A DNA stretch of 64,000 nt. Source: Thermodesulfobacteriota bacterium. Its GTDB lineage: Bacteria; Desulfobacterota_D; UBA1144. This document shows positions 45,099 to 54,790 of this stretch, one piece after another. The notes below the pieces were generated by a model. It did no database searches, was not told where the DNA came from, and saw only the letters and a list, made by a program, of their open reading frames with translations. Made by a program: the position numbers and the translations under genes. Where the stretch lies: the NCBI GenBank assembly GCA_036340075.1, contig JAYYZJ010000002.1:1-64000 (forward strand), read 5' to 3'. The first letter of the stretch is position 1; every line of letters begins with the position of its first letter.

Positions 45099-45887
45099 TT
45101 ATATTATTAGATACTTTGAAATCAAATAAAAAAAAGGAAGAATAAAAATTAAGCTATCAACTCTATCTAATATCCCTCCATGTCCTGGAAGAATATTGCC
45201 TGTATCTTTAACGCCAGATTTGCGTTTTATGTAAGATTCAAATAGATCGCCAACTATACCTAAGAAAGATATAAGTAAACCTATAAACATAGAATGAACA
45301 ATGGATAGACCAAATTCCAAATAATTGAACAAGAAAACCGTGGAAATAATTGAAACAATTATTCCAGCAAATGAGCCCTCAAAGGTCTTATTTGGACTAA
45401 CTTTGGGAAAAGCTTTTCTAACACCAAAAAATTTTCCTATTAGATAAGCTGAAATATCATTAAGAGCGCTCACTATTAGCACAGAACCCAATAGCCACAT
45501 TCCATAGTCTAAATTTCTAATTAAAATTGAAAAATTTATTCCAAATCCAGTATATAAAATTATGAAAAGATATGAACTCCAAAACTCTTTTATTTCTACT
45601 TTGTTATAAAGAATCCTGACAAACCAAACAAGAAATACAAATAATGCTAAATAAAAAAATAAATCTAATTTATTATAAGCGAAAACGGGAAAAAGTATTA
45701 CAATCAAAAAAGAAACTGTTAAATGTATGTTCGATTTTTCTTTTAAGATATTTTTATACTCCCAAAAACTTAAACTAGTAATAAGCATCAGATATAGAAG
45801 GAAAGTAATTTCGCCTTTGTAAACTGCATAAATTGTTATTGGCAAAATAAACAAACTGGTTAAAATTCTTTTTATAAGATTGCTCAT
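45099..45887 (-). CDS. cdsA: Phosphatidate cytidylyltransferase
   Basis: DISAY..GK, SPNKTFEG, GDLFES..KR..GVKD, PGHGGILDRVDS. Confidence 0.96.
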   Translation of the reverse strand: MSNLIKRILTSLFILPITIYAVYKGEITFLLYLMLITSLSFWEYKNILKEKSNIHLTVSFLIVILFPVFAYNKLDLFFYLALFVFLVWFVRILYNKVEIKEFWSSYLFIILYTGFGINFSILIRNLDYGMWLLGSVLIVSALNDISAYLIGKFFGVRKAFPKVSPNKTFEGSFAGIIVSIISTVFLFNYLEFGLSIVHSMFIGLLISFLGIVGDLFESYIKRKSGVKDTGNILPGHGGILDRVDSLIFILPFFYLISKYLII

Positions 45888-46015
45888 ATATAAAAGTATT
45901 CATAATATAAAATTTAAGCAATATCAATAATATTAAAATTTCTTAATAGAAATTAAAATTCGATTGACTATCTGTTATAAATAGTATTAAATCAATATGC
46001 TTAAGGGTTGTTTTA

Positions 46016-46558
46016 ATGGTACCAAAATATGCTTTTGTAACTAAAGGAATCGGTATTAGCAAAGAGAAGCTAACTAGTTTTGAAATGGCACTCAGAGATG
46101 CTGATATAGCACAATACAACCTAGTTCGTGTATCAAGCATAATGCCACCTCACACAAAAATAATTACCAAAAAACAAGGACTAAAAAAACTTTCAGCGGG
46201 ACAAATCGTTTATGTAGTACTGAGCGAAAGCTCAACAAATGAACCAGAAAGAAGAGTCGCTGCTTCTATTGGAATTGCTCTTCCTATTGATAGATCAAAA
46301 CACGGTTATCTTTCAGAACATCATAGCTATGGTCAAAGCAAGAAGACTTCAGGTGAATATGCAGAAGATCTTGCAGCTTACATGTTGGCAACTACTATCG
46401 GTGCCCCTTTTGATGTTGATAAAAACTACAACGAACAAAAGGATATTTGGAAAATAAGTGGGCACACTGTTAAAACCCAGGAAATTACAAGTACAGCAGA
46501 AGGACCAAAAGATAAATCATGGGTTACTGTAATCTCAGCAGTAGTCTTTATTATTTAA
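46016..46558 (+). CDS. pdaD: Pyruvoyl-dependent arginine decarboxylase
   Basis: SFEMALRDA.IAQYNLVRVSSIMPP (Ser-Ser self-cleavage site), GYLSEHH. Confidence 0.9.
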   Translation: MVPKYAFVTKGIGISKEKLTSFEMALRDADIAQYNLVRVSSIMPPHTKIITKKQGLKKLSAGQIVYVVLSESSTNEPERRVAASIGIALPIDRSKHGYLSEHHSYGQSKKTSGEYAEDLAAYMLATTIGAPFDVDKNYNEQKDIWKISGHTVKTQEITSTAEGPKDKSWVTVISAVVFII

Positions 46559-47822
46559 TTTGTCCATCTCCAACTACTACAAATTTTTTTGAAGTAAGCT
46601 CTTTTAATCCCATTGGTCCAAATGCATGCAATTTTGTTGTGCTTATACCTATCTCTGCACCTAGTCCTAATTCGTTTCCATCATTAAATCTTGTTGAAGC
46701 GTTATGCATCACTGCTGACGAGCCCACACTGTTGATGAATAAATCCGCCTGATTTTTATCTTCTGTAACAATAGACTCTGTGTGAAGCGAACCATATTTC
46801 TCTATATGATTTATTGCTGAATAGATATCTTCCACTACCTTTATATTTAATTCCAAATCTAAATATTCTTTATACCAATCTTCTTCTTCAACTGGTATAT
46901 CAGCACCATAATTCATTACCTCTTTGGATCCATGAACTATTACATTGTTTTTTTTAAATGATTCTATTATTTTAGGTAGAAACTTATCGGAGATATCTTT
47001 ATGTACAAGTAAAGTTTCCATCGCATTACAAACCCCTGGTCTTTGTACTTTTGAATTCAAAGATATTTTGTAAGCTTTCTCTAAATCAGCATCTTTATCG
47101 ACATAAACGTGGCATACACCTTTATAATGCTTTATTACTGGTATTCTTGAATTTTCAGAGACAAATCGTATCAGACCTTCTCCTCCTCGAGGAATTATTA
47201 AGTCAATCTGTTCATCAAGAGACAAGATATATTTCATAACTTCTCTGTCCGTGTAAGGGACCATATTTACACAATTAGGATTAAATTTATTTTTTGTTAG
47301 TGCTTCTTGTATTGAATTAACTAAGGACTTATTAGTCTCAAAAGCCTCTTTCCCACCTCTTAATATTGTTGCATTACCTGACTTTAAACATAATACAGCT
47401 GCATCAGATGTTACATTAGGTCTAGACTCATAAATAATACCTATCAAACCCAGGGGTATTGTCTGCTTATAGACATTAAGACCATTTGGCCTTTCATGAA
47501 GATGCTCCCTACTCCCAACAGGATCATCAAGGTTTAATACATCATTTATATTCTTTACAATTGAATCTAATCTACTTGTGTCCAATTTTAATCTGTCAAG
47601 AAAAGATGGGGCATAATCCTTATCTTTTGCATTTTTTATATCTATTTTATTGGCTTCTAAAATCAAATTGTAATCTGTTTCTATTTGCCTAGATATCTCC
47701 TTCAAAAGCAAATCTTTATCTTTTGTAGAAGCTTTTGCTAATTCTAATGAGGCTAATTTAGTTTCTTCAATTAAATTTAAAACTTCATCTTTATATTCAT
47801 TTAAAGTCTTCTGATTGCTCAT
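46551..47822 (-). CDS. proA: Gamma-glutamyl phosphate reductase
   Basis: IIYESRPNVT, LRGGKEA, IIPRGGEGL, CNAMET, NASTRFNDG, EIGIST.KLHA.GPMG. Confidence 0.97.
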   Translation of the reverse strand: MSNQKTLNEYKDEVLNLIEETKLASLELAKASTKDKDLLLKEISRQIETDYNLILEANKIDIKNAKDKDYAPSFLDRLKLDTSRLDSIVKNINDVLNLDDPVGSREHLHERPNGLNVYKQTIPLGLIGIIYESRPNVTSDAAVLCLKSGNATILRGGKEAFETNKSLVNSIQEALTKNKFNPNCVNMVPYTDREVMKYILSLDEQIDLIIPRGGEGLIRFVSENSRIPVIKHYKGVCHVYVDKDADLEKAYKISLNSKVQRPGVCNAMETLLVHKDISDKFLPKIIESFKKNNVIVHGSKEVMNYGADIPVEEEDWYKEYLDLELNIKVVEDIYSAINHIEKYGSLHTESIVTEDKNQADLFINSVGSSAVMHNASTRFNDGNELGLGAEIGISTTKLHAFGPMGLKELTSKKFVVVGDGQIK

Positions 47823-47829
47823 TTAAGCT

Positions 47830-47858
47830 ATAATAAATGAAGGTATTTACAAGGTCAA
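47830..47858 (-). promoter_or_regulatory. Putative sigma70 promoter of proA (leaderless)
   Basis: TTGACC-N17-TATTAT, then 7 nt to the ATG; no SD. Confidence 0.65.
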
Positions 47859-47907
47859 AGTTTCTTAAGTATATTATCAACTATATTTAGATATTATGGA
47901 GATTTGA

Positions 47908-48306
47908 ATGGAAAGCACATTATCGATTATCAAACCAGACGGAGTAAGAAAAAAACTTATAGGAACTATATTTAAGAGATTCGAAGATAATGGTCTTGAG
48001 ATTATAAATCTTAAGTTTATTCATCTTACGCCAGAACAGGCTTCCGGTTTTTACGAAATGCATAATGGGAAACCCTTTTTTGATAATTTAATTGTTTTTA
48101 TGACCTCTGGACCTTGTGTACCTTTTGTAGTTAAAGGAGAAAATGCCATCACAAGAGTAAGAGAAATTATGGGAGCAACTGATCCAAGTGAAGCTAATGA
48201 AGGAACCATAAGAAAAGACTTTGCTGACAGCATTGACAGCAATATTATTCATGGTTCTGATTCAAATGAATCAGCAGAAAGAGAAATTTCTTTTTTCTTT
48301 AAATAA
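47908..48306 (+). CDS. ndk: Nucleoside-diphosphate kinase
   Basis: [24 protein letters not shown]. Confidence 0.97.
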   Translation: MESTLSIIKPDGVRKKLIGTIFKRFEDNGLEIINLKFIHLTPEQASGFYEMHNGKPFFDNLIVFMTSGPCVPFVVKGENAITRVREIMGATDPSEANEGTIRKDFADSIDSNIIHGSDSNESAEREISFFFK

Positions 48307-48920
48307 TGAACTCTGGATTTAATTTGATCTAAAAATATTTCTGCTAACATATTAAAACATTTATTTTTCTCTATTTTCACAAAATCATCCAAATTCCCCA
48401 CTGTCACATCTGGATTTCCACAAGGATGGATCAAATTAAATTTATCTAACGAACAATTCAAGTTTAAAGATAGGCCATGCAATGTTACTCCTCTTCTGAC
48501 AGCTAAACCAATAGATGCAATTTTTCTGTTATCAATCCATACTCCTGGACCATATAAATTCTTTTTTCCAATTAAATTAAAAGAATCTAATAGTAGTAAA
48601 ACTGAGTCCTCCAATGCATCAACAAAATCTTTAAGTCTTAATCCTAATAATCTTAAATTTATTATAGGATAGAAAATAATCTGTCCAGGTCCATGATAAG
48701 TAATGCTTCCACCACGCGTTGATTTAAAAACATCAAGTCCTTTATCGTTAACTATCTTAGAAAATCTTCCTATTGTATACACATCCTCATGTTCTAAGAA
48801 GACAAAATATCCTAATCTATTTTTATTTAGGACATCCCTATGAAATTCAAGCTGTTTAGCCATGAAATCTTGATAATTTTGTAATTTTCTAAATTTTTTA
48901 ACATATATATTATTTAACAC
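48249..48920 (-). CDS. lipB: Octanoyltransferase LipB
   Basis: [36 protein letters not shown]. Confidence 0.93.
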   Translation of the reverse strand: MLNNIYVKKFRKLQNYQDFMAKQLEFHRDVLNKNRLGYFVFLEHEDVYTIGRFSKIVNDKGLDVFKSTRGGSITYHGPGQIIFYPIINLRLLGLRLKDFVDALEDSVLLLLDSFNLIGKKNLYGPGVWIDNRKIASIGLAVRRGVTLHGLSLNLNCSLDKFNLIHPCGNPDVTVGNLDDFVKIEKNKCFNMLAEIFLDQIKSRVHYLKKKEISLSADSFESEP

Positions 48921-48944
48921 TATAATATTCTTATTATATCAAGA

Positions 48945-49919
48945 ATGAAGACAAAGAAAAAAATAACAATTGATGAATTTTTATCTAACGATGATTGCCT
49001 AACAATTCAAATTAATGACATTAGTGGTTATTATGAAGATTTAATCAAAAAGGCAATTAATAAGATTTCAATTAATAGACAGGAAAATCCTAATTTTGAT
49101 ATATATGATTTAGGGAAATCAAACAATGTAGCTGAAATATTGGATTCTTTTAATACATTCCCATTTTTAAATAAATTCAGATATGTGATAGTTAAAGGTA
49201 TTTCTAATGAAAAAAAAGAAGAAATTCAATCAATATCTAATTATTTAAAAAGTCCTTGCGCTACAACAAAACATTTTTTTCTTCTAGAAGATAGTAAGGT
49301 AAATCTCTCATGCGATTACCATATAGAAGACAACAACACACAAGAAAGTGTTGAATCTTTTATAACCGAAGAACTTAAAAAGAGAAAAATCAAAATAGAT
49401 ACTAGAATAATTAAAAGACTAACAGAGAAGAATCTTACCAACAGACTTTTATTAATAAAAGTGATTGATAAGATAGAAAGTTTATTTATTTCAAAAAAAT
49501 TAAATAATTCAAATTTAATAGAACTCGTAGAGGAATCAAGAAGAGAATCTTTTGATGAGACTTATAATTTAATGAAATTTATAAATGACAAAGATCTAAA
49601 GTCATGCATATTGGAATTAGAGAAAACAAAATTCACTGAAGACATATTTCTAGAAATAAACAAAATAGCATGGAGATTTAGAACTTATCTCAAAATTAAA
49701 ACTTTAAAAAGACAAAAGATTAATGATTCTGAAATTATAAAATCTATCAATGTATCACAATATCAATACAAATATCTAAATGCTGAATCAAGCTCCAAAA
49801 CATTTGACGAACTACTTAATAGTCTTAGGATAATTAAAGAAACTGATCGTTTACTAAAAAGTACCAATATCAACCATGATATTATTAGTTTTTATTTATT
49901 AAAAAATCTTTGCAAATAA
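48945..49919 (+). CDS. holA: DNA polymerase III subunit delta (divergent)
   Basis: TFPFLNKFRYVIV, YLKSP, C-terminal ETDRLLKST; convergent with rpsT as in the common holA/rpsT arrangement. Confidence 0.7.
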   Translation: MKTKKKITIDEFLSNDDCLTIQINDISGYYEDLIKKAINKISINRQENPNFDIYDLGKSNNVAEILDSFNTFPFLNKFRYVIVKGISNEKKEEIQSISNYLKSPCATTKHFFLLEDSKVNLSCDYHIEDNNTQESVESFITEELKKRKIKIDTRIIKRLTEKNLTNRLLLIKVIDKIESLFISKKLNNSNLIELVEESRRESFDETYNLMKFINDKDLKSCILELEKTKFTEDIFLEINKIAWRFRTYLKIKTLKRQKINDSEIIKSINVSQYQYKYLNAESSSKTFDELLNSLRIIKETDRLLKSTNINHDIISFYLLKNLCK

Positions 49920-49924
49920 AATAG

Positions 49925-50176
49925 TTATGATAGTTTTGATAATTTAGAAATATTTCTAGAGGCATTCCTCTTATGAATTATGCCTTTTGAAGAAGCTTTC
50001 CTGAATAATGATTCAACTTTTCTAAGAAGGTCTTTCTTATTAGATCCATCTTCTGTTACAGATTTCTTGTAAGCCTTAACGTGAGTTTTAAGATTAGACA
50101 TAACAGACCTGTTTCGCAAGCGTCTATTTATATCTTGTCTGATTCTCTTTTTAGCTGACTTGCTCTTATTAGCCAT
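49925..50176 (-). CDS. rpsT: 30S ribosomal protein S20
   Basis: MANKSKSAKKRIRQ...RN, KGIIHKRNASR. Confidence 0.96.
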   Translation of the reverse strand: MANKSKSAKKRIRQDINRRLRNRSVMSNLKTHVKAYKKSVTEDGSNKKDLLRKVESLFRKASSKGIIHKRNASRNISKLSKLS

Positions 50177-50258
50177 AATAAAGCGATTAGTTTCCTATTT
50201 TTATCACTTTTGTCAATCCTTTATTTAAAAATTTTTAAAAATAAAGTAATATAAGAGA

Positions 50259-50903
50259 GTGAAATTTTTCATAGATAGTGCAAACATTGAAGAAATCAAA
50301 GAAGTTGAGTCTTTAGGCTTGCTAGATGGAGTAACTACCAATCCATCACTAGTTGCAAAAGAAGGTGGACAAAAAGATTTTAAAAAAATAATTAAAACTA
50401 TTTGTTCTATTGCAAAAGGTCCGGTTAGCGCTGAAGTCTTATCTACAGATTACGACTCAATGATTGAAGAAGGAAAGATTCTTTCAAAAATAGATAAACA
50501 CGTTGTTGTTAAATTGCCTATGACTAAAGATGGAATCAAAGCTACTAAGTATTTATCTAATAAAAAAATACCTGTTAATGTAACATTGATATTTAGTGCA
50601 TCACAAGCTTTAATCGCAGCTAAAGCTGGAGCTGCATACGTAAGCCCTTTTGTTGGTCGTCTTGATGATATTTCTAGCAATGGAATGAATTTAGTACAAG
50701 AAATTTCAGAGATATTTATAAATTACGGATTCCCAACCGAAATTTTAGTTGCAAGCGTTAGAAACCCAATTCATGTTGTTGAATCAGCAAGAATGGGAGC
50801 TGATGTAGCCACTTTACCATATAAAGTTTTAATGCAATTGTTTAATCACCCATTAACGGATATTGGTCTAGAAAAGTTCCTTGAAGATTGGAAAAGTAAA
50901 TAA
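50259..50903 (+). CDS. Transaldolase (TalC/FSA family)
   Basis: [40 protein letters not shown]. Confidence 0.93.
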   Translation: MKFFIDSANIEEIKEVESLGLLDGVTTNPSLVAKEGGQKDFKKIIKTICSIAKGPVSAEVLSTDYDSMIEEGKILSKIDKHVVVKLPMTKDGIKATKYLSNKKIPVNVTLIFSASQALIAAKAGAAYVSPFVGRLDDISSNGMNLVQEISEIFINYGFPTEILVASVRNPIHVVESARMGADVATLPYKVLMQLFNHPLTDIGLEKFLEDWKSK

Positions 50904-50904
50904 T

Positions 50905-51642
50905 CTAATCATTCTTGCAATAAATTAAATATTCAATATTACCTTTCGCGCCTTTTATTGGTGACTCTATGGGTGAACTTACAAAAGTATAATAGTCTTT
51001 GATGAATCCAACTACCTTTTTAACTGCCTCTTGCCTATAGGAAGAATTCCTTACTATTCCATTTTTTCCTATTTTTTCTTTTGATAGCTCGAATTGAGGT
51101 TTAATCAAACCAATAAAGACGTTCTTTTTTTTGTCTTTAACAAAATTGTAAAAAAATCTATCAAATTTAGTAATTGAAACAAAAGAAACATCCATAACAA
51201 TAACGTCGATATTGTCGCTAATTGTACTTAAATCTAAATTTCTTGCATTCGTCTTCTCTAAATTTACTATTCTTGAGTCACTTCTAAGTTTATAATCAAG
51301 CTGACCGTATCCAACATCAACAGAGTATACTTTTTTTGCTCCTGCCTGCAATAAGCATTGGGTGAATCCACCAGTGGAAGCTCCCACATCAATGCAAATC
51401 TTATCTTTTATATCTATATTAAAATTTTCTATTGCTGAAAAAAGCTTTTCCCCTGCTCTACTGACAAAGATATCTGAAAGGTACTTCATTTCAATGGTTG
51501 AATTAGTATCTATAAGTTTTGATGGAACACATTCTTTGTTCCCATTCACAAATACCTCACCAGCCAGAATATGCACTTGTGCTTTATTTCTAGAACTGCA
51601 ATATTTTTCTTCAATTAATATCAAGTCTAATCTTTTCTTCAT
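50905..51642 (-). CDS. tlyA: TlyA-family RNA methyltransferase
   Basis: S4 domain RLD, VSRAGEKL, DVGASTGGFT, DVGYGQL, DVSF, KPQFE, SPIKG..GN.E. Confidence 0.95.
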   Translation of the reverse strand: MKKRLDLILIEEKYCSSRNKAQVHILAGEVFVNGNKECVPSKLIDTNSTIEMKYLSDIFVSRAGEKLFSAIENFNIDIKDKICIDVGASTGGFTQCLLQAGAKKVYSVDVGYGQLDYKLRSDSRIVNLEKTNARNLDLSTISDNIDVIVMDVSFVSITKFDRFFYNFVKDKKKNVFIGLIKPQFELSKEKIGKNGIVRNSSYRQEAVKKVVGFIKDYYTFVSSPIESPIKGAKGNIEYLIYCKND

Positions 51643-51705
51643 ATCGTATTTTAAATAATATAGTTTAAAATTGTTTTGAAGTTAAGAAAATACAGGAGGT
51701 TTTTT

Positions 51706-52485
51706 ATGAGTTTTAAAAATACAGTTGGCATAGTAACCGGTGGTGGAACAGGTATAGGGAGAGAAACTTGTTTAGAATTAGCAAAAACTGGTATGAAGAT
51801 AGTAATCGGGAATAGAAATACGGAAAAAGGTGAAGAAGTAGTAGAAGCCATTAAGAAGAATGGTGGAGATGCAAAATTTATTAAAACTGATGTATCTATA
51901 GCAGAAGATGTAAAAAAATTAGTTGAATTCACCCTTAATGAATATGGGGAATTTCAATATGCATTTAATAATTCTGGTCTTTTGGGTGACCTGGAACCTT
52001 TGGGTAGTCAATCACCAGAAAGCTCATCGTATATAGTAGACGTAAATATCAAAGGTGTTATATATTGTTTGCATTATCAAATTGCGGAAATGCTTAAATA
52101 TGCAGGCCCAGAGAAGAAATGCAGTATTGTAAACAATAGTTCTATTTTATCTGCTGAGGCTTATCCAGGATTATCAGTTTATTCAGCAACTAAACATGCA
52201 GTTACAGGACTAACTAAAGGTGCAGCAGTAGAACTAGCTCAATCCAATATACGTGTAAATGCTGTTGGACCAGGTCCCATTAATACTCCTATGCTGTCAG
52301 ATCCAACCGAGGGTAACCCAGAAGTTTTTGGAGGAATGGTTCCTATGAATAGAATTGGCACACCTAAAGAAGTTAGCGATGCTGTCCTATGGTTGTTTTC
52401 TGAAGAGTCATCCTATATAACTGGTCACACCTTAATGATTGATGGCGGTTTTTGTGCTGGACCAATTGTTTCGAATAATGGATAA
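51706..52485 (+). CDS. Classical SDR oxidoreductase
   Basis: TGGGTGIG, FNNSG, YSATK, RVNAVGPG; AGGAGG SD before ATG 51706. Confidence 0.93.
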   Translation: MSFKNTVGIVTGGGTGIGRETCLELAKTGMKIVIGNRNTEKGEEVVEAIKKNGGDAKFIKTDVSIAEDVKKLVEFTLNEYGEFQYAFNNSGLLGDLEPLGSQSPESSSYIVDVNIKGVIYCLHYQIAEMLKYAGPEKKCSIVNNSSILSAEAYPGLSVYSATKHAVTGLTKGAAVELAQSNIRVNAVGPGPINTPMLSDPTEGNPEVFGGMVPMNRIGTPKEVSDAVLWLFSEESSYITGHTLMIDGGFCAGPIVSNNG

Positions 52486-52828
52486 AAATGAGATTGTCCA
52501 AAGATTATCAAAGTCTAAATTTAGATCTAAATTTATTCTAGATTCTAAAATGAATCTGTATATTAAAGAAAAGGGCATGAATCAAATTGAGAATCATGCA
52601 AGAGATTTTGTAAAATCAAGAATTGCACCCGAAAACATTCCTAATGATGGAAAGCAGACACCTTTTAAAAGCCACCCTGTTTTTGTTGCTCAACATGCAA
52701 CTGCAACCTGTTGCAGAAAGTGTATTAACAAATGGCATAAAATTGCTAAGAATAGAGAGCTAACCTTAGAGGAACAAAATTATATTGTTGAATTAATTAT
52801 CGACTGGATAAAGAAAAATATAAACTAA
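52478..52828 (+). CDS. DUF4186-family protein
   Basis: RLSKSKFRSKF, NDGKQTP..HPVFVAQHATATCCRKC..KWH. Confidence 0.85.
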   Translation: MDKNEIVQRLSKSKFRSKFILDSKMNLYIKEKGMNQIENHARDFVKSRIAPENIPNDGKQTPFKSHPVFVAQHATATCCRKCINKWHKIAKNRELTLEEQNYIVELIIDWIKKNIN

Positions 52829-53232
52829 TTATTTTTTTTATAGTGTACCACTATGCCTGCAACATGTTGAAAAAAGAAATGGTCTTTTTCTTTGAGAATT
52901 TTCATTAACTTATCTCCTTCTTCAATCATATTATTCTGAAAACACAAAGAAGCCGTTAAGGGATATAAATGTAGATAGTCTGGGTTCGCTCTAAGTGCAA
53001 CTCCACAGAATTTAATAGCTTCATCTAATTTATTCTGTCCCTTATAGCATAAAGCAATATAATAGTTTTTTTCAAACAAATAGCCCTTTGTCTCATCTAT
53101 CCTGTTAAGTAAATCAATAGAAATCATATAGTCACCTTCGTGAATAAAACTTATTGCACATTCAAGCAAAAAAGGATAATCCGAGCTTTTTGAAGCTACT
53201 TTTAATAATTCTTCTTTTGTTTTTGAATCCAT
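52825..53232 (-). CDS. Small TPR-like protein
   Basis: YYIALCY..QNKLDEAIK....AL.ANPD TPR pattern. Confidence 0.6.
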   Translation of the reverse strand: MDSKTKEELLKVASKSSDYPFLLECAISFIHEGDYMISIDLLNRIDETKGYLFEKNYYIALCYKGQNKLDEAIKFCGVALRANPDYLHLYPLTASLCFQNNMIEEGDKLMKILKEKDHFFFQHVAGIVVHYKKNN

Positions 53233-53273
53233 AATGTTAAATTACCACATATTGTATATTAGGGAATTTTAGA

Positions 53274-54029
53274 ATGTCTGAGAAAATAATTATCTTATCA
53301 GGTGGTTTTGATCCTATTCACTCCGGCCATATAGCAATGTTCGAAGAAGCTAGGAATTTGGGACAAATAGTTGTTTTGCTAAACTCTGATGATTGGTTGA
53401 AAAGAAAAAAAGGAAATTTTTTTATGGATTGGAACAATCGTAATTCTGTAGTTTCAAATTTAAAAGGAGTTATAGATGTTTTACCTTTTGATGATACCGA
53501 TGGAACTGCGGTTCAAGGTATATTAGATGTTGCAAAAAAATATGCGGGCCATGAAATCTTTTTTGCAAATGGTGGGGATAGAAATAAAGATACGACTCCT
53601 GAATCTAAATTCTGTAAAGAGAATAGTATTAATGAGCTTTTTAATATAGGAGGAGGAAAAACTGCAGCATCTAGTGATATATTGAGGCTCTGGAAAGATT
53701 CCCCAATGGAAAGACCTTGGGGAGAATGGCACTGTTATAAAGAATTTAATATAGATAATGCTAAGGCAAAAATTAAGTCATTAATAGTAAAGCCTGGTAA
53801 ACAGCTTTCATATCAAAAGCATAGCTTTAGAAATGAACACTGGTTTGTAATTAAGGGCAATGCCACTATAAAACTAAACGACAAAGAACACACTGTGAAA
53901 ACGTTTAACTACTTTGACATAAAAGTTCAAGATTGGCATCAACTCATTAATAACGGCGATGATGATTTAATAGTAGTTGAAGTACAATTTGGAGAAAAAT
54001 GCATCGAAGAAGATATAGAGAGAAAATAA
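53274..54029 (+). CDS. Cytidylyl/adenylyltransferase (HIGH-type) fused to a mannose-6-P isomerase-like cupin
   Basis: SGGFDPIHSGH, NSD.WL.RKKG, FANGGDR; then RPWG, LSYQKH..R.EHW, EVQFG..EEDIER. Confidence 0.85.
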   Translation: MSEKIIILSGGFDPIHSGHIAMFEEARNLGQIVVLLNSDDWLKRKKGNFFMDWNNRNSVVSNLKGVIDVLPFDDTDGTAVQGILDVAKKYAGHEIFFANGGDRNKDTTPESKFCKENSINELFNIGGGKTAASSDILRLWKDSPMERPWGEWHCYKEFNIDNAKAKIKSLIVKPGKQLSYQKHSFRNEHWFVIKGNATIKLNDKEHTVKTFNYFDIKVQDWHQLINNGDDDLIVVEVQFGEKCIEEDIERK

Positions 54030-54030
54030 A

Positions 54031-54717
54031 TTGAAGTCAATAAATATTGTAATACCTTGCCTTAAAGAAGCAGAAAATTTAAAATTTTTAATTCCACAGT
54101 TAATAGATAACTTGAATAAATCTATTGATGATTTTGAAATTATCATTGTGGATAGTGTTGCTCCACTAGATAAAACTCCTGAAGTATGTGCTAATTTTTC
54201 AAAAGTAAAATATATAAATACAGAATCTATAGATAATTATGGAAATGCTGTTAGAACTGGAATAAAAAATTCAACAAAAGAATATGTTCTATTTATGGAT
54301 GCAGATGGTTCTCACAATCCTGAAATTATTTGCGAAATGATTCAAAAAATTGAAGATAGAAATATTTGTATTGCATCAAGATATTGTGATGGTGGTTCAA
54401 CTAGAGACAAAGTTACTTCAATCTTTTTATCTAAACTTTTAAATTTCGTCTATTCCTTTGTCTTAGGTGTTAAATGTTCTGATTGGTCTGGGAGTTTTAA
54501 ATTATATAAGGCGTGCTTCCTTAAAGAATTAACGCTGAATTCAAATAATTTTGATATAATTCCAGAAATTTTATTCAAAATATCTAGAATAGATCCTAAG
54601 AGAACAATTGATCAAGTTCCTTATACTTTCGATACTAGAATTCATGGTCAAACTAAAAGAAAGCTTAAAACATATATAGATTTCTTAACAACACTTTTTA
54701 AATTAAGAATAAGTTAA
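54031..54717 (+). CDS. GT2 glycosyltransferase, DPM1/polyprenol-phosphate glycosyltransferase-like
   Basis: IVIPCLKEAENL, IIIVD, FMDADGSH.P, ASRY..GG, D..GSFKLY, R..G.TK. Confidence 0.85.
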   Translation: MKSINIVIPCLKEAENLKFLIPQLIDNLNKSIDDFEIIIVDSVAPLDKTPEVCANFSKVKYINTESIDNYGNAVRTGIKNSTKEYVLFMDADGSHNPEIICEMIQKIEDRNICIASRYCDGGSTRDKVTSIFLSKLLNFVYSFVLGVKCSDWSGSFKLYKACFLKELTLNSNNFDIIPEILFKISRIDPKRTIDQVPYTFDTRIHGQTKRKLKTYIDFLTTLFKLRIS

Positions 54718-54790
54718 TATATATTATATTAACGATTGTATTAATCTTATATTGAAATAATATAAATATTATGTTGAAAGGAGTTGTTTA

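Noticed and set aside
50224..50239. 16-bp palindrome TTTAAAAATTTTTAAA between rpsT and transaldolase
   Set aside because: Pure A/T low complexity, plausible by chance at this composition.
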